Shown here piece by piece: positions 30,598-44,547 of a DNA stretch of 46,276 nucleotides (position 1 is its first letter; each line of letters begins with the position of its first letter). The position numbers were made by a program, and so were the translations under genes. Below the pieces are notes generated by a model. It made no database searches. It was not told the DNA's origin and was given only the letters and a program-made list of their open reading frames with translations. Location of the stretch: positions 1 through 46,276 of the forward strand of contig JAOZQF010000001.1 in the NCBI GenBank assembly GCA_029932345.1. Reading direction: 5' to 3'. Source of the stretch: Desulfuromusa sp. (GTDB taxonomy: Bacteria; Desulfobacterota; Desulfuromonadia; Desulfuromonadales; Geopsychrobacteraceae).

Positions 30598-32676
30598 CTA
30601 ACCATTGACCTTGGCGATAATTTCTTCACTAATTACTTTTGGTGCCTGATCGTAATGATCAAAAACCATAGAATAAGTAGCCCGACCCTGGGTTGCGCTA
30701 CGTAAATCCGTTGCATAGCCAAACATACTTGAAAGGGGCACATGAGAATCTACAACCTGCGCACCACCACGTGCTTCCATCCCCATGATACGACCACGAC
30801 GACTGTTCAGATCGCCAATGACATCGCCCATATATTCTTCGGGGACAACAACCTCGACCGACATAATCGGCTCAAGCAATATTGGAGAGGCTTTTTTCGC
30901 CCCATCTTTAAAACCAATCGATCCGGCAATTTTAAATGCCATTTCATTGGAGTCAACATCATGATACGAACCATCAAAACAGGTGACCTTGATATCAACA
31001 ATAGGGAATCCTGCTAAAACTCCGTTTACTGCAGCTTCCGCCGCCCCCTTACCAACAGCAGGGATATACTCACGGGGGATAACTCCACCCTTGATTGCAT
31101 CGACAAACTCAAAACCCTTGCCTGGCTCACCGGGCTCAAGTCTCAACCAACAATCTCCATATTGACCACGACCACCTGATTGACGAACAAATTTACCCTG
31201 AACTTCAACTGACTTGGTAATTGACTCACGATAAGCAACCTGTGGCGCGCCAACATTACACTCCACCTTAAACTCACGCTTCATTCGATCGACAATGACG
31301 TCAAGATGCAATTCACCCATACCAGAAAGTATCGTCTGGCCGGTCTCTTCATCAGTTCTCACTCGCAGTGATGGGTCTTCAGCCAGTAGTTTACCTAAAG
31401 CAATCCCCATCTTTTCCTGGTCTGCTTTAGTCTTAGGCTCAACAGACAGATGGATAACCGGTTCTGGAAACTCCATCGACTCCAGCAGAGAAGGATTTTT
31501 AATGTCACAAAGGGTATCACCAGTCGTGGTACTTTTTAAACCAACAGCTGCTGCAATATCACCTGAGTAAACCTGCTTTATCTCCTCACGCTTGTTTGCG
31601 TGCATCTTCAATAAACGGCCAAAACGTTCTTTACGACCCTTGGTTGAGTTCAGAACTGTAGTGCCCGACTCAGCGATTCCGGAATAGACCCTGAAGAAGC
31701 TCAACTGACCAACAAAAGGATCGGTCATGATTTTAAATGCTAACGCTGCAAAAGGGGCATCGTCATCTGCCGGGCGAACCAATTCTTCCCCCGTATCAGG
31801 GTGAACCCCCTGGATCGGCTCAACGTCCAATGGAGAGGGCATATAATCGATAACTGCGTCCAACAAAGTCTGGACACCTTTATTTTTGAATGCACTACCA
31901 CAGAGTACTGGGCAAAAGTCGATATTCCGGGTTCCCTTACGGATTGCCTCCTTGATTTCCTCAAGGGACAACTCCTCACCACCTAGATATTTTTCCATCA
32001 AGTCGTCGTCGTAAGAAGAGATCTCTTCCAACAACGCATCTCGGGCCAATTCAACATCGTCAGCCATATCAGCGGGAATTTCAATCTTATCGTACTTGGC
32101 ACCCATGGATTCGTCATCCCAGACAATTGCCTCCATGGCAACCAGATCAACTAAACCACGGAAATTTTCTTCAGAACCTATTGGCAACTGCAGCGGCAGA
32201 GGGTTAGCCCCAAGACGATCACGGATCATCTCCACACCACGGCTGAAATCAGCGCCGGTCCGATCCATCTTATTGATGAAAGCGATCCTCGGGACACCAT
32301 ACTTATCAGCTTGACGCCAGACTGTCTCAGATTGTGGCTCAACACCACCAACCGAACAGAAAACAGCAACAGCACCATCCAGAACCTTCAGTGAACGCTC
32401 AACCTCTATGGTAAAATCGACATGACCGGGGGTATCAATAATATTAACCCGATGATCTTTCCAGAAACAGGTTGTCGCAGCCGAAGTGATAGTGATACCA
32501 CGCTCCTGCTCCTGCTCCATCCAATCCATGGTAGCAGCACCATCATGGACTTCACCGATCTTGTGCGAAACACCCGTGTAGTAGAGAATACGTTCCGTAG
32601 TTGTCGTTTTACCAGCATCAATATGGGCCATGATGCCAATATTGCGGGTTTTATCTAAAGAAACCTTACGTGCCAC
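30598..32676 (-). CDS. fusA: Elongation factor G
   Basis: [30 protein letters not shown]; 692 aa; GTG start. Confidence 0.99.
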   Translation of the reverse strand: MARKVSLDKTRNIGIMAHIDAGKTTTTERILYYTGVSHKIGEVHDGAATMDWMEQEQERGITITSAATTCFWKDHRVNIIDTPGHVDFTIEVERSLKVLDGAVAVFCSVGGVEPQSETVWRQADKYGVPRIAFINKMDRTGADFSRGVEMIRDRLGANPLPLQLPIGSEENFRGLVDLVAMEAIVWDDESMGAKYDKIEIPADMADDVELARDALLEEISSYDDDLMEKYLGGEELSLEEIKEAIRKGTRNIDFCPVLCGSAFKNKGVQTLLDAVIDYMPSPLDVEPIQGVHPDTGEELVRPADDDAPFAALAFKIMTDPFVGQLSFFRVYSGIAESGTTVLNSTKGRKERFGRLLKMHANKREEIKQVYSGDIAAAVGLKSTTTGDTLCDIKNPSLLESMEFPEPVIHLSVEPKTKADQEKMGIALGKLLAEDPSLRVRTDEETGQTILSGMGELHLDVIVDRMKREFKVECNVGAPQVAYRESITKSVEVQGKFVRQSGGRGQYGDCWLRLEPGEPGKGFEFVDAIKGGVIPREYIPAVGKGAAEAAVNGVLAGFPIVDIKVTCFDGSYHDVDSNEMAFKIAGSIGFKDGAKKASPILLEPIMSVEVVVPEEYMGDVIGDLNSRRGRIMGMEARGGAQVVDSHVPLSSMFGYATDLRSATQGRATYSMVFDHYDQAPKVISEEIIAKVNG

Positions 32677-32703
32677 AAAATACTCCTGATCCTAACGACT
32701 AAA

Positions 32704-33174
32704 CTACCAACGGTAATGAGCGAAAGCCTTATTGGCTTCTGCCATACGGTGTGTGTCTTCACGCTTCTTAACCGCTGCACCGCGATTATTGAACGCATCC
32801 AGAAACTCTCCAGCAAGACGCTCGCGCATGGTCTTCTCACTGCGTGACTTAGCGTGGATCGCAATCCAGCGCATGGCCAATGCAGTACGACGTGATGGAC
32901 TCACCTCAATCGGAACCTGATAAGTAGAACCACCAACCCGACGCGATTTAACTTCCAGCACTGGTCGAACATTCTCCATGGCCGTCTTAAAAACCTCTAG
33001 AGGGTCGTTACCTGAGCGCTCAGCAACCAAATCGAAAGCACCATAAACGATCTGTTCAGCTGTACTCTTTTTTCCGTCTACCATGACATTATTAACAAAT
33101 TTGGCAACCTGCAGATCCCCATATTTGGGGTCAGGCAAGATGATCCGCTTAGGGACCTCTCTTCTCCTTGGCAT
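32704..33174 (-). CDS. rpsG: 30S ribosomal protein S7
   Basis: [26 protein letters not shown]. Confidence 0.99.
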   Translation of the reverse strand: MPRRREVPKRIILPDPKYGDLQVAKFVNNVMVDGKKSTAEQIVYGAFDLVAERSGNDPLEVFKTAMENVRPVLEVKSRRVGGSTYQVPIEVSPSRRTALAMRWIAIHAKSRSEKTMRERLAGEFLDAFNNRGAAVKKREDTHRMAEANKAFAHYRW

Positions 33175-33200
33175 AGCGTCCTCTTCCTCAGACTATTTAG

Positions 33201-33572
33201 TTACTTCGGGCGCTTAGCGCCGTACTTAGAGCGGCCCTGCTTACGATCCTTAACACCTGCAAGGTCGAGAGTACCACGTACAATATGATAACGGACGCCA
33301 GGCAAATCCTTAACCCGACCACCGCGAATCAAAACAACAGAGTGCTCCTGAAGGTTATGTCCAACACCTGGGATATATGATGTTACGACAATCCCATTGG
33401 TCAGACGCACACGAGCAACTTTCCGCAGAGCCGAGTTTGGTTTCTTCGGTGTCGTTGTATAGACACGAGTACAAACTCCACGTCGCTGCGGACAAGATTT
33501 AAGCGCAGGCGCAGTCGATTTTACAATCTTCTTCTTACGCCCATTGCGAATTAATTGGTTAATAGTTGGCAT
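33201..33572 (-). CDS. rpsL: 30S ribosomal protein S12
   Basis: [27 protein letters not shown]. Confidence 0.99.
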   Translation of the reverse strand: MPTINQLIRNGRKKKIVKSTAPALKSCPQRRGVCTRVYTTTPKKPNSALRKVARVRLTNGIVVTSYIPGVGHNLQEHSVVLIRGGRVKDLPGVRYHIVRGTLDLAGVKDRKQGRSKYGAKRPK

Positions 33573-33643
33573 CTAGATTCTCCCAAATCTCTTACATTGT
33601 TTCAGCCATTTAGACTGACATTTCTGTGGGGAAAAACCCGCTG

Positions 33644-33672
33644 ACATTATCAATCAGGTTTGGCTTTGTCAA
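33644..33672 (-). promoter_or_regulatory. Sigma70 promoter of the str (rpsL) operon
   Basis: Minus strand TTGACA-17 nt-TAATGT with extended -10 TG in the rpoC-rpsL gap. Confidence 0.7.
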
Positions 33673-33739
33673 GCTCTTTTCACTCACAACTAAAATATTC
33701 TTTATTGATTAGTAAGGCTCAATCTTAAGTCTTATCGAC

Positions 33740-36700
33740 TCAGTCTGTCTCCACTGGTGTTTCAACTTCTGAATCATCTATCTCAATTGGCTCTTCGAGT
33801 TTAATCTCAGGCTCCGGGATCATCAATTCGGCAGAGCGATACTTTGCAACACCGGTTCCAGCAGGAATTAACCGACCCATAATAACGTTTTCTTTAAGGC
33901 CGCGCAGTGAATCAGTTTTACCCTGAATCGAAGCCTGCGTCAGAACCTTGGTCGTCTCCTGGAAAGAGGCGGCTGAAATAAACGACTCGGTTGAGAGAGA
34001 TGCTTTCGTGATCCCCAACATAATTGGCTCACCGATTGCCGGTTCTCCACCGGCAGCTAACACCTTGTTGTTCTCTCCCTCAAAGACCCACCGATCAATC
34101 TGGTCATCGATCAGGAAGTTAGTATCACCAACCTCTTTGATCTGTACTTTCCGCAGCATCTGCCGGACGATCGTTTCAATATGCTTATCGTTAATTTTAA
34201 CACCCTGCAAACGGTAGACTTCCTGAACTTCATCAACCAGATATTTCGAAAGTTCCTTGCTACCAAGGACGCGCAAAATATCATGCGGATTACTGGAACC
34301 GTCAACCAGCTCTTCGCCAGCGTGGATATAGTCCCCTTCGTGCACCGAAATATGCTTCCCTTTGGGGATCAGATATTCACCTGGATCACCAATTTCAGGG
34401 GTCACAACAATCTTACGCTTCCCCTTGGAATCCTTACCGTAGGAAACAACCCCATCAATTTCAGTTATAACCGCAAGTTCCTTTGGTTTACGTGCTTCAA
34501 ACAACTCCGCAACGCGTGGCAACCCGCCGGTGATATCTTTAGTTTTTGTTGTCTCACGCGGAATTTTAGCCAGAATCGCCCCGGCATGGAGGACAACCCC
34601 CTCTTCAACAGAGAGATTGGCACCGACCGGCAACATATAACGCGCCTGCGCTCCGTTTGGTAGTTTTACGGTTTTACCATCCTCACTCTTCAGGGTGATC
34701 CGTGGTCGTTTATCGGCAGATTTTGCTTCGGTAACGACCTTACGTGAAAGACCGGTGACCTCGTCAACCTGCTCTTTCATGGTCACCCCTTCAGCGAGGT
34801 CACCATAATGGACGATCCCGCCAACCTCGGTAATAATTGGAACGGTGTAGGGATCCCATTCTGCCAACATTTCACCACTCTTGATCGGCCCACCTTCCTG
34901 TTGGGTCAAACGGGCACCATAAACAACTGAATACCGTTCCCGCTCCCGACCCGTGTCATCAACCACAGCAATTTCACCTTTGCGGTTCATAACTACTGGA
35001 AAGCCGTCAACGTTATCAACCGTTGTCAGATTGATAAATTTAAGTGCACCATCGAAGCGCGCCTCCAGAGCGGTCTGCTCCGCACGCCGCGAGGCAGTAC
35101 CACCGATATGGAAAGTCCGCATCGTCAGCTGAGTACCAGGTTCACCAATCGACTGCGCGGCGATAACTCCAACCGCCTCACCAAGATTGACCAGATGGCC
35201 TCGTGCCAGATCCCGTCCATAACAATAAGCACAGATACCGCGCTTGCTCTTACAGGTGAGAACCGACCGTATTTTGACTTTTTCAATGCCGGCATCTTCT
35301 ATGGTTGCAACCAATTCTTCATCTATCAATTGGTTTGCCTCAACGAGCAGCTTGTCAGTAACAGGGTCAACAATATCGTCGAGAGCAACCCGCCCAAGGA
35401 TTCGGTCACCAACCCGCTCGATAACCTCACCACCCTCGGTGAGAGATGAAACTTCAATCCCATCAATCGTGTCACAATCCTGCTCGATGATAATAGCATC
35501 CTGGGCAACATCGACCAGACGTCGGGTCAGATAACCGGAGTTTGCTGTTTTTAACGCCGTATCAGCCAGGCCTTTACGGGCACCGTGAGTGGAAATAAAA
35601 TACTGCAGCACGGTCAAGCCCTCGCGGAAGTTCGCGGTAATCGGCGTTTCAATGATTGAACCATCCGGCTTCGCCATCAAGCCGCGCATTCCAGCCAACT
35701 GACGAATCTGTTGCGCACTTCCCCGCGCACCGGAATCAGCCATCATGTGGATCGCATTGAACGATGAAACTTCAACCTTTTCGCCACTTTCTGAGGTGAT
35801 TGTTTCGACGGCAATATTACCAAGCATGGTTCCAGCAATATCCTCAGTACACTTAGCCCAGATATCAATAACCTTATTATAGCGCTCCCCATCGGTTATC
35901 AGACCCTCTGTATACTGCCGTTGGATATCTTTGACTTCTTCGGCAGAAACCTTGATTCTTGCCTCTTTAGTTGCAGGGATAACCATGTCATCAAGACAAA
36001 TCGAAACACCGGCTAAACTCGAATAACGGAAACCGGTTTCTTTGATCTTATCTGCAAGGATAACAGTCTCTTTGTTCCCGGCAAAACGGAAGCTGATATC
36101 GATCAGATCGGCAACCTGTTTTTTACCCATAACCTTATTGACATGTTTAAAGTCAATGGCGTCCGGAATAACCTCACGCAACAGAATACGCCCGACAGTT
36201 GTTTTAATACGCTCAAGCGGAGCCCCCTCAACTGGCGACATTCTTACTTTAATTACCGCTTGAAGATCGGCCTCGCCTGCGTCATAAGCCATGCGAACCT
36301 CTTCCTGCGAGGCAAATACTTTATCAGTACCGGCAACAAATGGTCGCTCTTTGGTCATATAGTACAGACCAAGAACCATATCCTGGGACGGAACAATAAT
36401 CGGCTTTCCACTGGCAGGAGAGAGGATATTGTTCGTCGACATCATCAGCACCCGGGCTTCGATCTGACTCTCGATCGAAAGGGGAAGATGAACCGCCATC
36501 TGGTCGCCGTCAAAGTCAGCATTAAAAGCAGTACAAACCAACGGGTGCAACTGAATTGCCTTCCCTTCGATCAATACCGGCTCAAAGGCTTGAATACCAA
36601 GACGGTGCAGGGTCGGAGCACGGTTCAACATAACCGGGTGCTCTTTAATCACCTCTTCCAGAACGTCCCAGACTTCAGACTTCTCTTTCTCAACCATTTT

Positions 36701-37894
36701 CTTGGCACTCTTGACTGTCGTTGACAGGCCTCTCTCATCCAGTTTTTGATAGATGAATGGCTTGAACAACTCAAGTGCCATCTTTTTCGGCAACCCACAT
36801 TGATGCAGTTTCAGCTCGGGGCCAACGACAATAACTGACCGACCAGAATAATCGACCCGCTTTCCAAGCAAGTTCTGACGGAAACGTCCCCCCTTGCCCT
36901 TCAACATATCGGACAATGATTTCAGAGGCCGCTTGCTGGGACCGGTGATTGCCCGGCCACGACGTCCATTATCGAAAAGGGCATCGACAGCCTCCTGAAG
37001 CATCCGCTTTTCGTTGCGAATAATAACCTCAGGAGCACGCAGCTCCATAAGTCTCTTCAGACGGTTATTCCGGTTAATCACCCGACGGTAGAGATCATTC
37101 AGGTCAGAAGTTGCAAATCGTCCACCATCAAGGGGGACCAATGGACGCAGCTCCGGAGGTAAAACCGGCACCGTTTCTAAAATCATCCACTCTGGCAAGT
37201 TGCCACTCTGACGAAATGAATTAATTACTTTCAGCCGCTTGGATACCTTCTTCCGTTTGGCTTCACTGGTTGCTTCTTTCATTTCGATCCGCAGTTGATC
37301 ACCCACCTCAACCAGATCGATTTCAACCAACAGTTCCCGAACCGCTTCAGCACCCATTCCTGCAACAAATTGTCCGGCAAATTCGTCCATTGCCTCGCTG
37401 TATTTGTCTTCAGGAAGTAATTGCCCCTTGACCAGAGAGGTTTCGCCTGGATCAAGAACCACATAAGCCTCAAAATAGAGAACCTTCTCCAGATCCTTCA
37501 AGGTCATATCCAGCAGCGCGCCAATCCGTGAAGGCAAAGACTTGAGAAACCAGATATGGGCGACCGGGCAAGCCAGGTCAATATGGCCCAAACGCTCACG
37601 TCGAACCTTACTCGGAATGACCTCAACACCACATTTCTCACAAACAATGCCACGGTGCTTCATCCGCTTGTACTTACCACAATTACATTCATAGTCCTTG
37701 GTTGGACCAAAAATCTTGGCGCAGAAAAGTCCATCACGTTCAGGCTTAAAGGTCCTGTAGTTGATGGTTTCCGGTTTTTTTACTTCACCAAATGAACGCT
37801 CTCGTATTTTCTCCGGTGAGGCCAGCGAAAGTTGAATAGAGTTAAAACTCAATGGATCTTTCGGGCGGTCAAAGAGACTGAAAATATCTTCCAA
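33740..37894 (-). CDS. rpoC: RNA polymerase beta' subunit
   Basis: NADFDGDQM catalytic motif, N-terminal Zn finger, 1384 aa; TTG start. Confidence 0.99.
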   Translation of the reverse strand: MEDIFSLFDRPKDPLSFNSIQLSLASPEKIRERSFGEVKKPETINYRTFKPERDGLFCAKIFGPTKDYECNCGKYKRMKHRGIVCEKCGVEVIPSKVRRERLGHIDLACPVAHIWFLKSLPSRIGALLDMTLKDLEKVLYFEAYVVLDPGETSLVKGQLLPEDKYSEAMDEFAGQFVAGMGAEAVRELLVEIDLVEVGDQLRIEMKEATSEAKRKKVSKRLKVINSFRQSGNLPEWMILETVPVLPPELRPLVPLDGGRFATSDLNDLYRRVINRNNRLKRLMELRAPEVIIRNEKRMLQEAVDALFDNGRRGRAITGPSKRPLKSLSDMLKGKGGRFRQNLLGKRVDYSGRSVIVVGPELKLHQCGLPKKMALELFKPFIYQKLDERGLSTTVKSAKKMVEKEKSEVWDVLEEVIKEHPVMLNRAPTLHRLGIQAFEPVLIEGKAIQLHPLVCTAFNADFDGDQMAVHLPLSIESQIEARVLMMSTNNILSPASGKPIIVPSQDMVLGLYYMTKERPFVAGTDKVFASQEEVRMAYDAGEADLQAVIKVRMSPVEGAPLERIKTTVGRILLREVIPDAIDFKHVNKVMGKKQVADLIDISFRFAGNKETVILADKIKETGFRYSSLAGVSICLDDMVIPATKEARIKVSAEEVKDIQRQYTEGLITDGERYNKVIDIWAKCTEDIAGTMLGNIAVETITSESGEKVEVSSFNAIHMMADSGARGSAQQIRQLAGMRGLMAKPDGSIIETPITANFREGLTVLQYFISTHGARKGLADTALKTANSGYLTRRLVDVAQDAIIIEQDCDTIDGIEVSSLTEGGEVIERVGDRILGRVALDDIVDPVTDKLLVEANQLIDEELVATIEDAGIEKVKIRSVLTCKSKRGICAYCYGRDLARGHLVNLGEAVGVIAAQSIGEPGTQLTMRTFHIGGTASRRAEQTALEARFDGALKFINLTTVDNVDGFPVVMNRKGEIAVVDDTGRERERYSVVYGARLTQQEGGPIKSGEMLAEWDPYTVPIITEVGGIVHYGDLAEGVTMKEQVDEVTGLSRKVVTEAKSADKRPRITLKSEDGKTVKLPNGAQARYMLPVGANLSVEEGVVLHAGAILAKIPRETTKTKDITGGLPRVAELFEARKPKELAVITEIDGVVSYGKDSKGKRKIVVTPEIGDPGEYLIPKGKHISVHEGDYIHAGEELVDGSSNPHDILRVLGSKELSKYLVDEVQEVYRLQGVKINDKHIETIVRQMLRKVQIKEVGDTNFLIDDQIDRWVFEGENNKVLAAGGEPAIGEPIMLGITKASLSTESFISAASFQETTKVLTQASIQGKTDSLRGLKENVIMGRLIPAGTGVAKYRSAELMIPEPEIKLEEPIEIDDSEVETPVETD

Positions 37895-37972
37895 AACGCA
37901 TTCTCCTTGTAGGATGAGTGCTTTAATTACTACAAATTTATAACTTAACGATTACAGTTCGATCCCACGCTA

Positions 37973-40900
37973 TTACTCTTCGAGCAGATCAACATCCAGA
38001 CAAAGAGCCTGCAATTCTTTGATCAACACATTGAAGGACTCTGGCAAGCCAGCCTCAAGAGTATGTTTCCCCTTGACAATGGCTTCGTACATCCGCGTTC
38101 GACCGGCGACATCATCTGATTTGACGGTCAAAAATTCCTGCAACGCATGTGCCGCGCCATAAGCCTCCATCGCCCAGACTTCCATCTCACCAAGTCGCTG
38201 CCCACCAAACTGGGCTTTACCACCAAGTGGCTGCTGTGTTACCAGGCTATAGGGACCAATCGAACGGGCGTGAATCTTATCATCAACCAGGTGATGCAGT
38301 TTGAGCATATACATGATACCGACGGTTACTTTTTCCCTGAATGCATCTCCAGTTCTCCCGTCATAAAGGGTCATTTGACCACTGCTATCAAATCCTGCAC
38401 GCTCAACCTCATCCTTGATCAAATTCTCACTGACCCCTTCAAAAACCGGGGAAGCCATCGGCACCCCCTGAAACAGTCGACGAGCCAGAACCTTAAGATC
38501 ATCTTCATTCAGCCCATCAATAAAGGCATCCAAGGCACGATCGTTGTAGGCTTCTTTGATCTGTTTTTTCAGAGCCTTCTCACTATATTGCTCTTCAAGG
38601 ACCGCTCTGATCTGATTACCTAAGCCACGAGCAGCCAGACCAAGGTGGGTCTCGAGAATCTGCCCGACATTCATCCGCGATGGAACACCCAATGGATTGA
38701 GAACAATCTCAACCGGGGTACCATCCTCCATGTAAGGCATATCTTCCTGGGGAAGAATTCGCGACAGAACACCTTTATTACCATGCCGACCGGCCATTTT
38801 GTCACCGACCTGCAACCTGCGTTTAATCGCAATATAGACCTTCACCATTTTGATGACGCCCGGCGGAAGGTCATCACCACGCTTGCACTTATCAATTTTG
38901 TCGTCAAAAACAGCTGTCACCAGTTGCTCGCGCTCTGCCAGGCGAGTCAGCATGTCAGAGATTTTTTCTTCGACATCATTATTGCCGGTAACGGAGAGCT
39001 CTTGAATCCGGGCAAAAGGAACTTTAGCAAATGTCTCAGCGGTAATCTTGCGCCGTGCAGGTAACAGGGTGTTTTCCCCTTCATCTTCTATTGCAACAGC
39101 AGAAGTCAACCCAACCAGCAATGTTCCGATCTTGTTACGTGTCGATTTTCGCAGAATACGGATTTCATCTTCACGATCTTTCAGCAGTTTCTCAATTTCA
39201 CGTGCCTCAATCTGCTCAGTTCGCACATCCTTATCGAAACCCTTACGAGAGAAAACCCGAGCACCGATGATGACACCCTCTTCACCCGGTGGCACCCGCA
39301 ACGAAGTATCCCTGACATCGCCAGCTTTTTCTCCAAAAATAGCCCGCAGTAGTTTTTCCTCAGGAGAGAGTTGAGTCTCCCCTTTCGGAGTGATCTTTCC
39401 AACCAGGATATCTCCAGACTTAACACTTGCTCCGATACGGATGATACCCGACTCGTCCAGATCGCTTAAAGCATCTTCACCAAGATTTGGAATATCATCG
39501 GTAATCTCTTCCTTACCAAGTTTGGTGTCCCGCGCAACACACTCAAATTCCTCAATATGGATTGAAGTGTAACGGTCATCCTGAACAATTTTTTCAGAAA
39601 TCAGGATTGAATCCTCAAAGTTGTAACCATGCCACGGCATGAATGCGACCAGAACATTCTGTCCAAGAGCCAATTCACCCCATTGAGTTGAAGGGCCATC
39701 AGCAATCACCTCACCGCGGATGATTTGATCGCCGATTTTGACAATTGGCTTCTGGTTAATACAAGTGTTCTGATTAGAGCGACTGAATTTGTGGAGATTG
39801 TAAATATCCACACCGGCACCCGTCTCATCCATATCCTGATCATCAATCTGGATAACAATCCGATCAGCATCAACACTTTCAACACTACCACTGTGTCGAG
39901 CAATGACCGAGTTTCCTGAATCATGGGCGACAATCCGCTCCATACCAGTCCCGACCAGTGGGGCATCGGTACGCAATAGCGGCACCGCTTGACGCTGCAT
40001 ATTGGAACCCATCAGAGCCCGGTTAGCATCATCATTTTCGAGAAATGGAATCAATGCTGCAGCAACCGAAACAATCTGTTTTGGTGATACATCCATCAGG
40101 TCAATCTGATCCGGTGGCAACAATAAAAACTCGCCGGTTTGACGCACATTGACCAGCTCATTAATAAAAATACCATTATCGTCAATTGGTGCATTGGCCT
40201 GGGCAATGGCATGCCCCTCTTCATCGAGTGCCGAGAAATATTTTATCTCCGAACCAACCTGACCATCCTTGACAATTCGATAGGGGGTCTCAACAAAACC
40301 GTATTCGTTAATCCGAGCGTAGGTAGACAGTGAAGCAATCAAACCGATGTTCGGACCCTCCGGGGTTTCAATTGGACAAACCCGACCATAATGGGTGGGA
40401 TGGACATCCCGCACCTCAAAACCGGCCCGTTCCCGAGTCAAACCACCGGGGCCTAAAGCTGACAAACGACGTTTATGTGTGACCTCAGAGAGGGGATTGG
40501 TTTGATCCATAAACTGGGAGAGCTGCGATGAACCGAAGAACTCCTTCACTACCGCAGAAACCGGTTTGGAATTAATCAGGTCATGTGGCATCAAGCTATC
40601 GACATCCTGCAAGCTCATCCGCTCTTTAATCGCCCGCTCCATCCGGACCAGACCGACGCGATATTGATTTTCCAGCAACTCGCCAACGGCTCTGACACGA
40701 CGATTACCAAGATGATCAATATCATCTATGGTCCCCTTGCCGTCACGTAGATCAACAAGGTAGCGGACAACGCTTAGAACATCATCTTTGGTCAGGGTCG
40801 ACAGATCGAGAGGACTATCCAGTCCGAGCTTGTGATTGAGCTTTAAGCGACCAACGGCTGAGATATCGTAGCGATCTGCATTAAAAAACAGACTTTCGAA

Positions 40901-42073
40901 CAGTGTAGTCGCTGTTCTGATTGTTGGTGGATCTCCCGGGCGAAGACGGCGGAAAATCTCAATAATTGCGTCATCTGCAGTCTCAACTTTGTCAACCCGC
41001 AAGGTATCGCTGATATATGATCCGACATAAAGGTTATCGATGAACAGAATTGAGAAATCATTAATCCCTTTCTCCCTCAGCTCATCAAGCTTTGCCTCGG
41101 TCAGCTCGCCATTACACTCGAGAAGCACCTCTCCAGTCGACTCATCAACGATATCACTGAGAACCACCTGACCCACCAGACCCTCGGCAGTAATCGGAAT
41201 TGATTCTACACCTTCATCCTTAAGCTTGCGGATGGCGGCACGGGTAAATTTGCGATTCTCCTTGACCAGAACCTCACCTGAAACAGAGAGAACATCTGAG
41301 CTGGCACGCACACCCGCTAGAAGATCAAAATTGACCTTTTTAGTGTAGCTTTTGCCATCCCAGGAAATCTCTTCAAAATCGTAGTAATACTTGAGCAGTT
41401 CCTCGGTGGTATAGCCAAGAGCCTTCAGCAACACGGTTGCCGGAAGCTTGCGACGCCGATCAATCCGAACCCAGAGGAGATCCTTGTGGTCAAAATCAAA
41501 GTCAAGCCAGGAACCCCGGTAGGGGATGACTCGCGCACTGAAGAGTATTTTGCCACTGGAATGAGTTTTCCCTTTATCGTGAGAAAAGAAAACTCCCGGT
41601 GAACGATGCAACTGACTCACAATCACCCGCTCGGTCCCATTGATAATGAAGGTTCCATTCTCCGTCATCAATGGGATCTCGCCAAAATAGACTTCCTGTT
41701 CCTTGATATCGCGGATTGACCGGGTTCCGGCCTCCTTATCGACATCCCAGGTGACAAGACGAACCTTGACTTTGATGGGAGCAGCGTAAGTCATGCCACG
41801 CTGATGGCACTCCTCTTCATCATATTTTGGTGTCCCCAGACTATAGGAGACGTACTCCATAGAGCAGGTATCACTAAAATCGTGAATTGGGAATACAGAA
41901 CGGAAAACCGACTCCAAGCCACGCTGCTTACGCTCAGGTGAAGGGAGCTCCGCCTGTAAAAACCTCTTGTAAGAAGTTTTTTGGATATCAATGAGGTTCG
42001 GAATATCAATGATATTCGTAACCTTCGCAAAATGCTTCCTGAGGAGCGGATTATTCGCAAACGAATACGCCAT
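37973..42073 (-). CDS. rpoB: RNA polymerase beta subunit
   Basis: [41 protein letters not shown]; 1366 aa. Confidence 0.99.
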   Translation of the reverse strand: MAYSFANNPLLRKHFAKVTNIIDIPNLIDIQKTSYKRFLQAELPSPERKQRGLESVFRSVFPIHDFSDTCSMEYVSYSLGTPKYDEEECHQRGMTYAAPIKVKVRLVTWDVDKEAGTRSIRDIKEQEVYFGEIPLMTENGTFIINGTERVIVSQLHRSPGVFFSHDKGKTHSSGKILFSARVIPYRGSWLDFDFDHKDLLWVRIDRRRKLPATVLLKALGYTTEELLKYYYDFEEISWDGKSYTKKVNFDLLAGVRASSDVLSVSGEVLVKENRKFTRAAIRKLKDEGVESIPITAEGLVGQVVLSDIVDESTGEVLLECNGELTEAKLDELREKGINDFSILFIDNLYVGSYISDTLRVDKVETADDAIIEIFRRLRPGDPPTIRTATTLFESLFFNADRYDISAVGRLKLNHKLGLDSPLDLSTLTKDDVLSVVRYLVDLRDGKGTIDDIDHLGNRRVRAVGELLENQYRVGLVRMERAIKERMSLQDVDSLMPHDLINSKPVSAVVKEFFGSSQLSQFMDQTNPLSEVTHKRRLSALGPGGLTRERAGFEVRDVHPTHYGRVCPIETPEGPNIGLIASLSTYARINEYGFVETPYRIVKDGQVGSEIKYFSALDEEGHAIAQANAPIDDNGIFINELVNVRQTGEFLLLPPDQIDLMDVSPKQIVSVAAALIPFLENDDANRALMGSNMQRQAVPLLRTDAPLVGTGMERIVAHDSGNSVIARHSGSVESVDADRIVIQIDDQDMDETGAGVDIYNLHKFSRSNQNTCINQKPIVKIGDQIIRGEVIADGPSTQWGELALGQNVLVAFMPWHGYNFEDSILISEKIVQDDRYTSIHIEEFECVARDTKLGKEEITDDIPNLGEDALSDLDESGIIRIGASVKSGDILVGKITPKGETQLSPEEKLLRAIFGEKAGDVRDTSLRVPPGEEGVIIGARVFSRKGFDKDVRTEQIEAREIEKLLKDREDEIRILRKSTRNKIGTLLVGLTSAVAIEDEGENTLLPARRKITAETFAKVPFARIQELSVTGNNDVEEKISDMLTRLAEREQLVTAVFDDKIDKCKRGDDLPPGVIKMVKVYIAIKRRLQVGDKMAGRHGNKGVLSRILPQEDMPYMEDGTPVEIVLNPLGVPSRMNVGQILETHLGLAARGLGNQIRAVLEEQYSEKALKKQIKEAYNDRALDAFIDGLNEDDLKVLARRLFQGVPMASPVFEGVSENLIKDEVERAGFDSSGQMTLYDGRTGDAFREKVTVGIMYMLKLHHLVDDKIHARSIGPYSLVTQQPLGGKAQFGGQRLGEMEVWAMEAYGAAHALQEFLTVKSDDVAGRTRMYEAIVKGKHTLEAGLPESFNVLIKELQALCLDVDLLEE

Positions 42074-42173
42074 GTTTTCTCCTTTGGGGTCGGTTCATGG
42101 GTTACAAAATAAAGAACCCAGGTCGACACCAATCCGGATCTAGAGACAGATCCACGCGCCAACTTGCCGAGCT

Positions 42174-42216
42174 GACAACAAGAATAGCCAAGGCCGCATC
42201 AATGCGACCTCGGCTA
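42174..42216 (-). terminator. Terminator/attenuator-like hairpin between rplL and rpoB
   Basis: Minus strand TAGCCGAGGTCGCA-TTGA-TGCGGCCTTGGCTA followed by an imperfect U-tract TTCTTGTTGT; position analogous to the rplL-rpoB attenuator. Confidence 0.6.
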
Positions 42217-42241
42217 AAAACTCACTAGAGGGGGATACTGA

Positions 42242-42619
42242 CTATTTCAGCTCCACGCTGGCGCCAGCCTCTTCAAGCTGCTTTTGAACATCAGCAGCCT
42301 CATCCTTGGAAACAGCCTCTTTAACAGTCCCAGGAGCTCCATCAACCAACTCCTTGGCTTCTTTCAGCCCTAAGCCAGTGATTGCACGAACCGCCTTGAT
42401 AACATTAATTTTCTTTTCACCGAAGCTGGTCAGGATAACATCAAATTCAGTCTGCTCTTCAGCGGCAGCGTCACCGGCAGCAGGAGCGGCAGCAACTGCA
42501 ACAGGAGCAGCAGCAGATACACCAAACTTCTCTTCGAGTTCCTTAACGAACTCTGACATTTCCAGAACGGTCATGTTTTCGATAAATTCTACAACTTGTT
42601 CTTTTGTGATTTTAGCCAT
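42242..42619 (-). CDS. rplL: 50S ribosomal protein L7/L12
   Basis: [27 protein letters not shown]; ATG 42619 after GGAGG. Confidence 0.98.
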   Translation of the reverse strand: MAKITKEQVVEFIENMTVLEMSEFVKELEEKFGVSAAAPVAVAAAPAAGDAAAEEQTEFDVILTSFGEKKINVIKAVRAITGLGLKEAKELVDGAPGTVKEAVSKDEAADVQKQLEEAGASVELK

Positions 42620-42665
42620 TTTTTCCTCCAAAATTTATGGTTATAACTTAAAAGTTTTTATTAGT

Positions 42666-43184
42666 TTATGCAGCTTTGTTCTGACCAATCGCATTCAACA
42701 CCTGAACCAGTGAGCGAGGTACTGCAGCCATCGTTCCGACAAAATTGGTAATCGGTGCATTCATCGAACTCAAGGCCTTAGCCAACAACTCATCACGGCT
42801 AGGCAACTCAGCTAAAGCGCTGATTTCTGCAACCGTCAGAAATTTACCACTAAGAACTCCAGCCTTCAGTTCAAATGCTTCAATTTCCTTGGCAAATTTG
42901 CTGAGAATTTTGGCAGGAGCAACCGGATCGGCACCGGACAAGGCAATTGCCGTCGGACCAGCACAATAAGGTTGAAGCTCCTCAGATGGTGTATCCTGTG
43001 CTGCCAACTTAAGCAAATTGTTTTTAACTACGCGATACTCAACACCAGCCTGAGTCAGTTCACGCCGTAGCTGGGTGGCCTGCTCTACATTGATGCCACG
43101 GTAATCAGCCAAAAAAATCGCTTCAGTCTCTCTCAAGCGTTGCGCTAATTCCTGAACAATCTGTTCTTTCTCTGTCCTGTTCAT
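42666..43184 (-). CDS. rplJ: 50S ribosomal protein L10
   Basis: ADYRG, VVKNNL, LPSRDEL. Confidence 0.98.
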   Translation of the reverse strand: MNRTEKEQIVQELAQRLRETEAIFLADYRGINVEQATQLRRELTQAGVEYRVVKNNLLKLAAQDTPSEELQPYCAGPTAIALSGADPVAPAKILSKFAKEIEAFELKAGVLSGKFLTVAEISALAELPSRDELLAKALSSMNAPITNFVGTMAAVPRSLVQVLNAIGQNKAA

Positions 43185-43189
43185 CTACT

Positions 43190-43345
43190 CTCCTCCTTTC
43201 GTTAAGAATCTTGGGATATAAATAATCCCGCCCATGTCGAGTTGAGGGGGGGGGGAGAGACGACGTTGTCGTCACAGCACCCGATAGCCTCGGCAGGTGG
43301 TACAGCCATTAAATGCTTCGCATACCTGCTGTCTTTGACTCTGAG
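43190..43345 (-). promoter_or_regulatory. L10 leader (rplJL autoregulatory RNA)
   Basis: Minus strand AAGACAGCAGG...GCGAAGC..TTAA...CCTGCCGAGG (core 43287-43339) matches the L10(L12)4-binding leader pattern in the rplA-rplJ gap. Confidence 0.85.
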
Positions 43346-43363
43346 CCTGCAATCAAGTAGCTA

Positions 43364-44065
43364 CTACTTGAATAAAGCCTGTAGTTGTGGGATATCAAGA
43401 TTGATACCCGCACCCATAGTCGTGGCTAAAGTGACCTTTTTCAAATAAGTCCCTTTAGCTGTTGACGGTTTTGCTTTGAGTAAAACATCTACCAACGCCA
43501 TGATGTTTTCTTTCAACTTCTCAGCATCAAAAGAAATTTTACCCACCGGAGCGTGGATAATACCGGCTTTTTCAACGCGGTACTCTACCTTCCCGGACTT
43601 TGCTTCTTCAACTGCACGGGCGACATCCACGGTAACAGTACCAACCTTTGGATTGGGCATCAAACCACGGGGACCCAGCACACGACCGATCTTCCCGACA
43701 ACACCCATCATATCAGGCGAAGCGATTGCCGTATCAAAATCGAACCAGCCGCCCTTGATTTTCTCAGCAAGATCGTCTGCACCGACATAATCGGCACCGG
43801 CAGCTTCTGCTTCCTGGGCTTTTTCACCCTTGGCAAAAACCAGAACCCGGACATTCTTGCCCAGACCATTTGGCAAAACTACAGCACCACGGATCATCTG
43901 GTCTGCCTTGCGCGGATCGACACCCAGTCGGATACTCATATCAACTGTTTCATCGAACTTCGCAAAGGAGCCCTTTTTGATCAATTCAAGAGCTTCTTCA
44001 ATTCCATAGAGTTGGGAACGATCAATCAACTCTTTTGCATTTTTGATGTTCTTACCTGTTGCCAT
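43364..44065 (-). CDS. rplA: 50S ribosomal protein L1
   Basis: [33 protein letters not shown]. Confidence 0.99.
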   Translation of the reverse strand: MATGKNIKNAKELIDRSQLYGIEEALELIKKGSFAKFDETVDMSIRLGVDPRKADQMIRGAVVLPNGLGKNVRVLVFAKGEKAQEAEAAGADYVGADDLAEKIKGGWFDFDTAIASPDMMGVVGKIGRVLGPRGLMPNPKVGTVTVDVARAVEEAKSGKVEYRVEKAGIIHAPVGKISFDAEKLKENIMALVDVLLKAKPSTAKGTYLKKVTLATTMGAGINLDIPQLQALFK

Positions 44066-44089
44066 CTTCTATCTCCACGGTTTGCCGTC

Positions 44090-44512
44090 TCAGGCGACTT
44101 CAATTCCCATGCTACGCGCAGTACCTTCGATAATCCGCATTGCAGCTTCCTCTGAGAAAGCATTGAGGTCAGGCATTTTCAGGCGTGCAATTTCAAGAAC
44201 CTGATCCTTAGTGACCTTGCCTACCTTCTCTTTATTCGGGACACCGGAACCCTTCTTCAGCTTTGCTGCACGTAGCAGCAAAACAGCAGCCGGTGGCGTC
44301 TTGGTAATATAGGAGAAGGAACGATCAGCAAAGACAGTAATAACAACAGGGGTAATCAAACCTGCCTGCTCCTGCGTCTTTGCATTAAAATGTTTACAGA
44401 ACTCCATGATATTGACACCATGCTGCCCAAGCGCCGGACCAACTGGCGGAGAAGGGTTTGCCTGCCCTGCAGGGATCTGTAATTTAATCTGTCCAATAAT
44501 TTTCTTGGCCAT
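44090..44512 (-). CDS. rplK: 50S ribosomal protein L11
   Basis: [28 protein letters not shown]. Confidence 0.99.
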   Translation of the reverse strand: MAKKIIGQIKLQIPAGQANPSPPVGPALGQHGVNIMEFCKHFNAKTQEQAGLITPVVITVFADRSFSYITKTPPAAVLLLRAAKLKKGSGVPNKEKVGKVTKDQVLEIARLKMPDLNAFSEEAAMRIIEGTARSMGIEVA

Positions 44513-44547
44513 CTCTGACTCCTTAAACGAACGAAACGTATCCCAGC

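Noticed and set aside
40440-40560. Rifampicin-resistance changes in rpoB cluster I (also streptomycin sites in rpsL)
   Set aside because: Key residues are wild type (Q, D, H, S in SQFMDQ..THKRRLS; PKKPNS and RVKD in S12)
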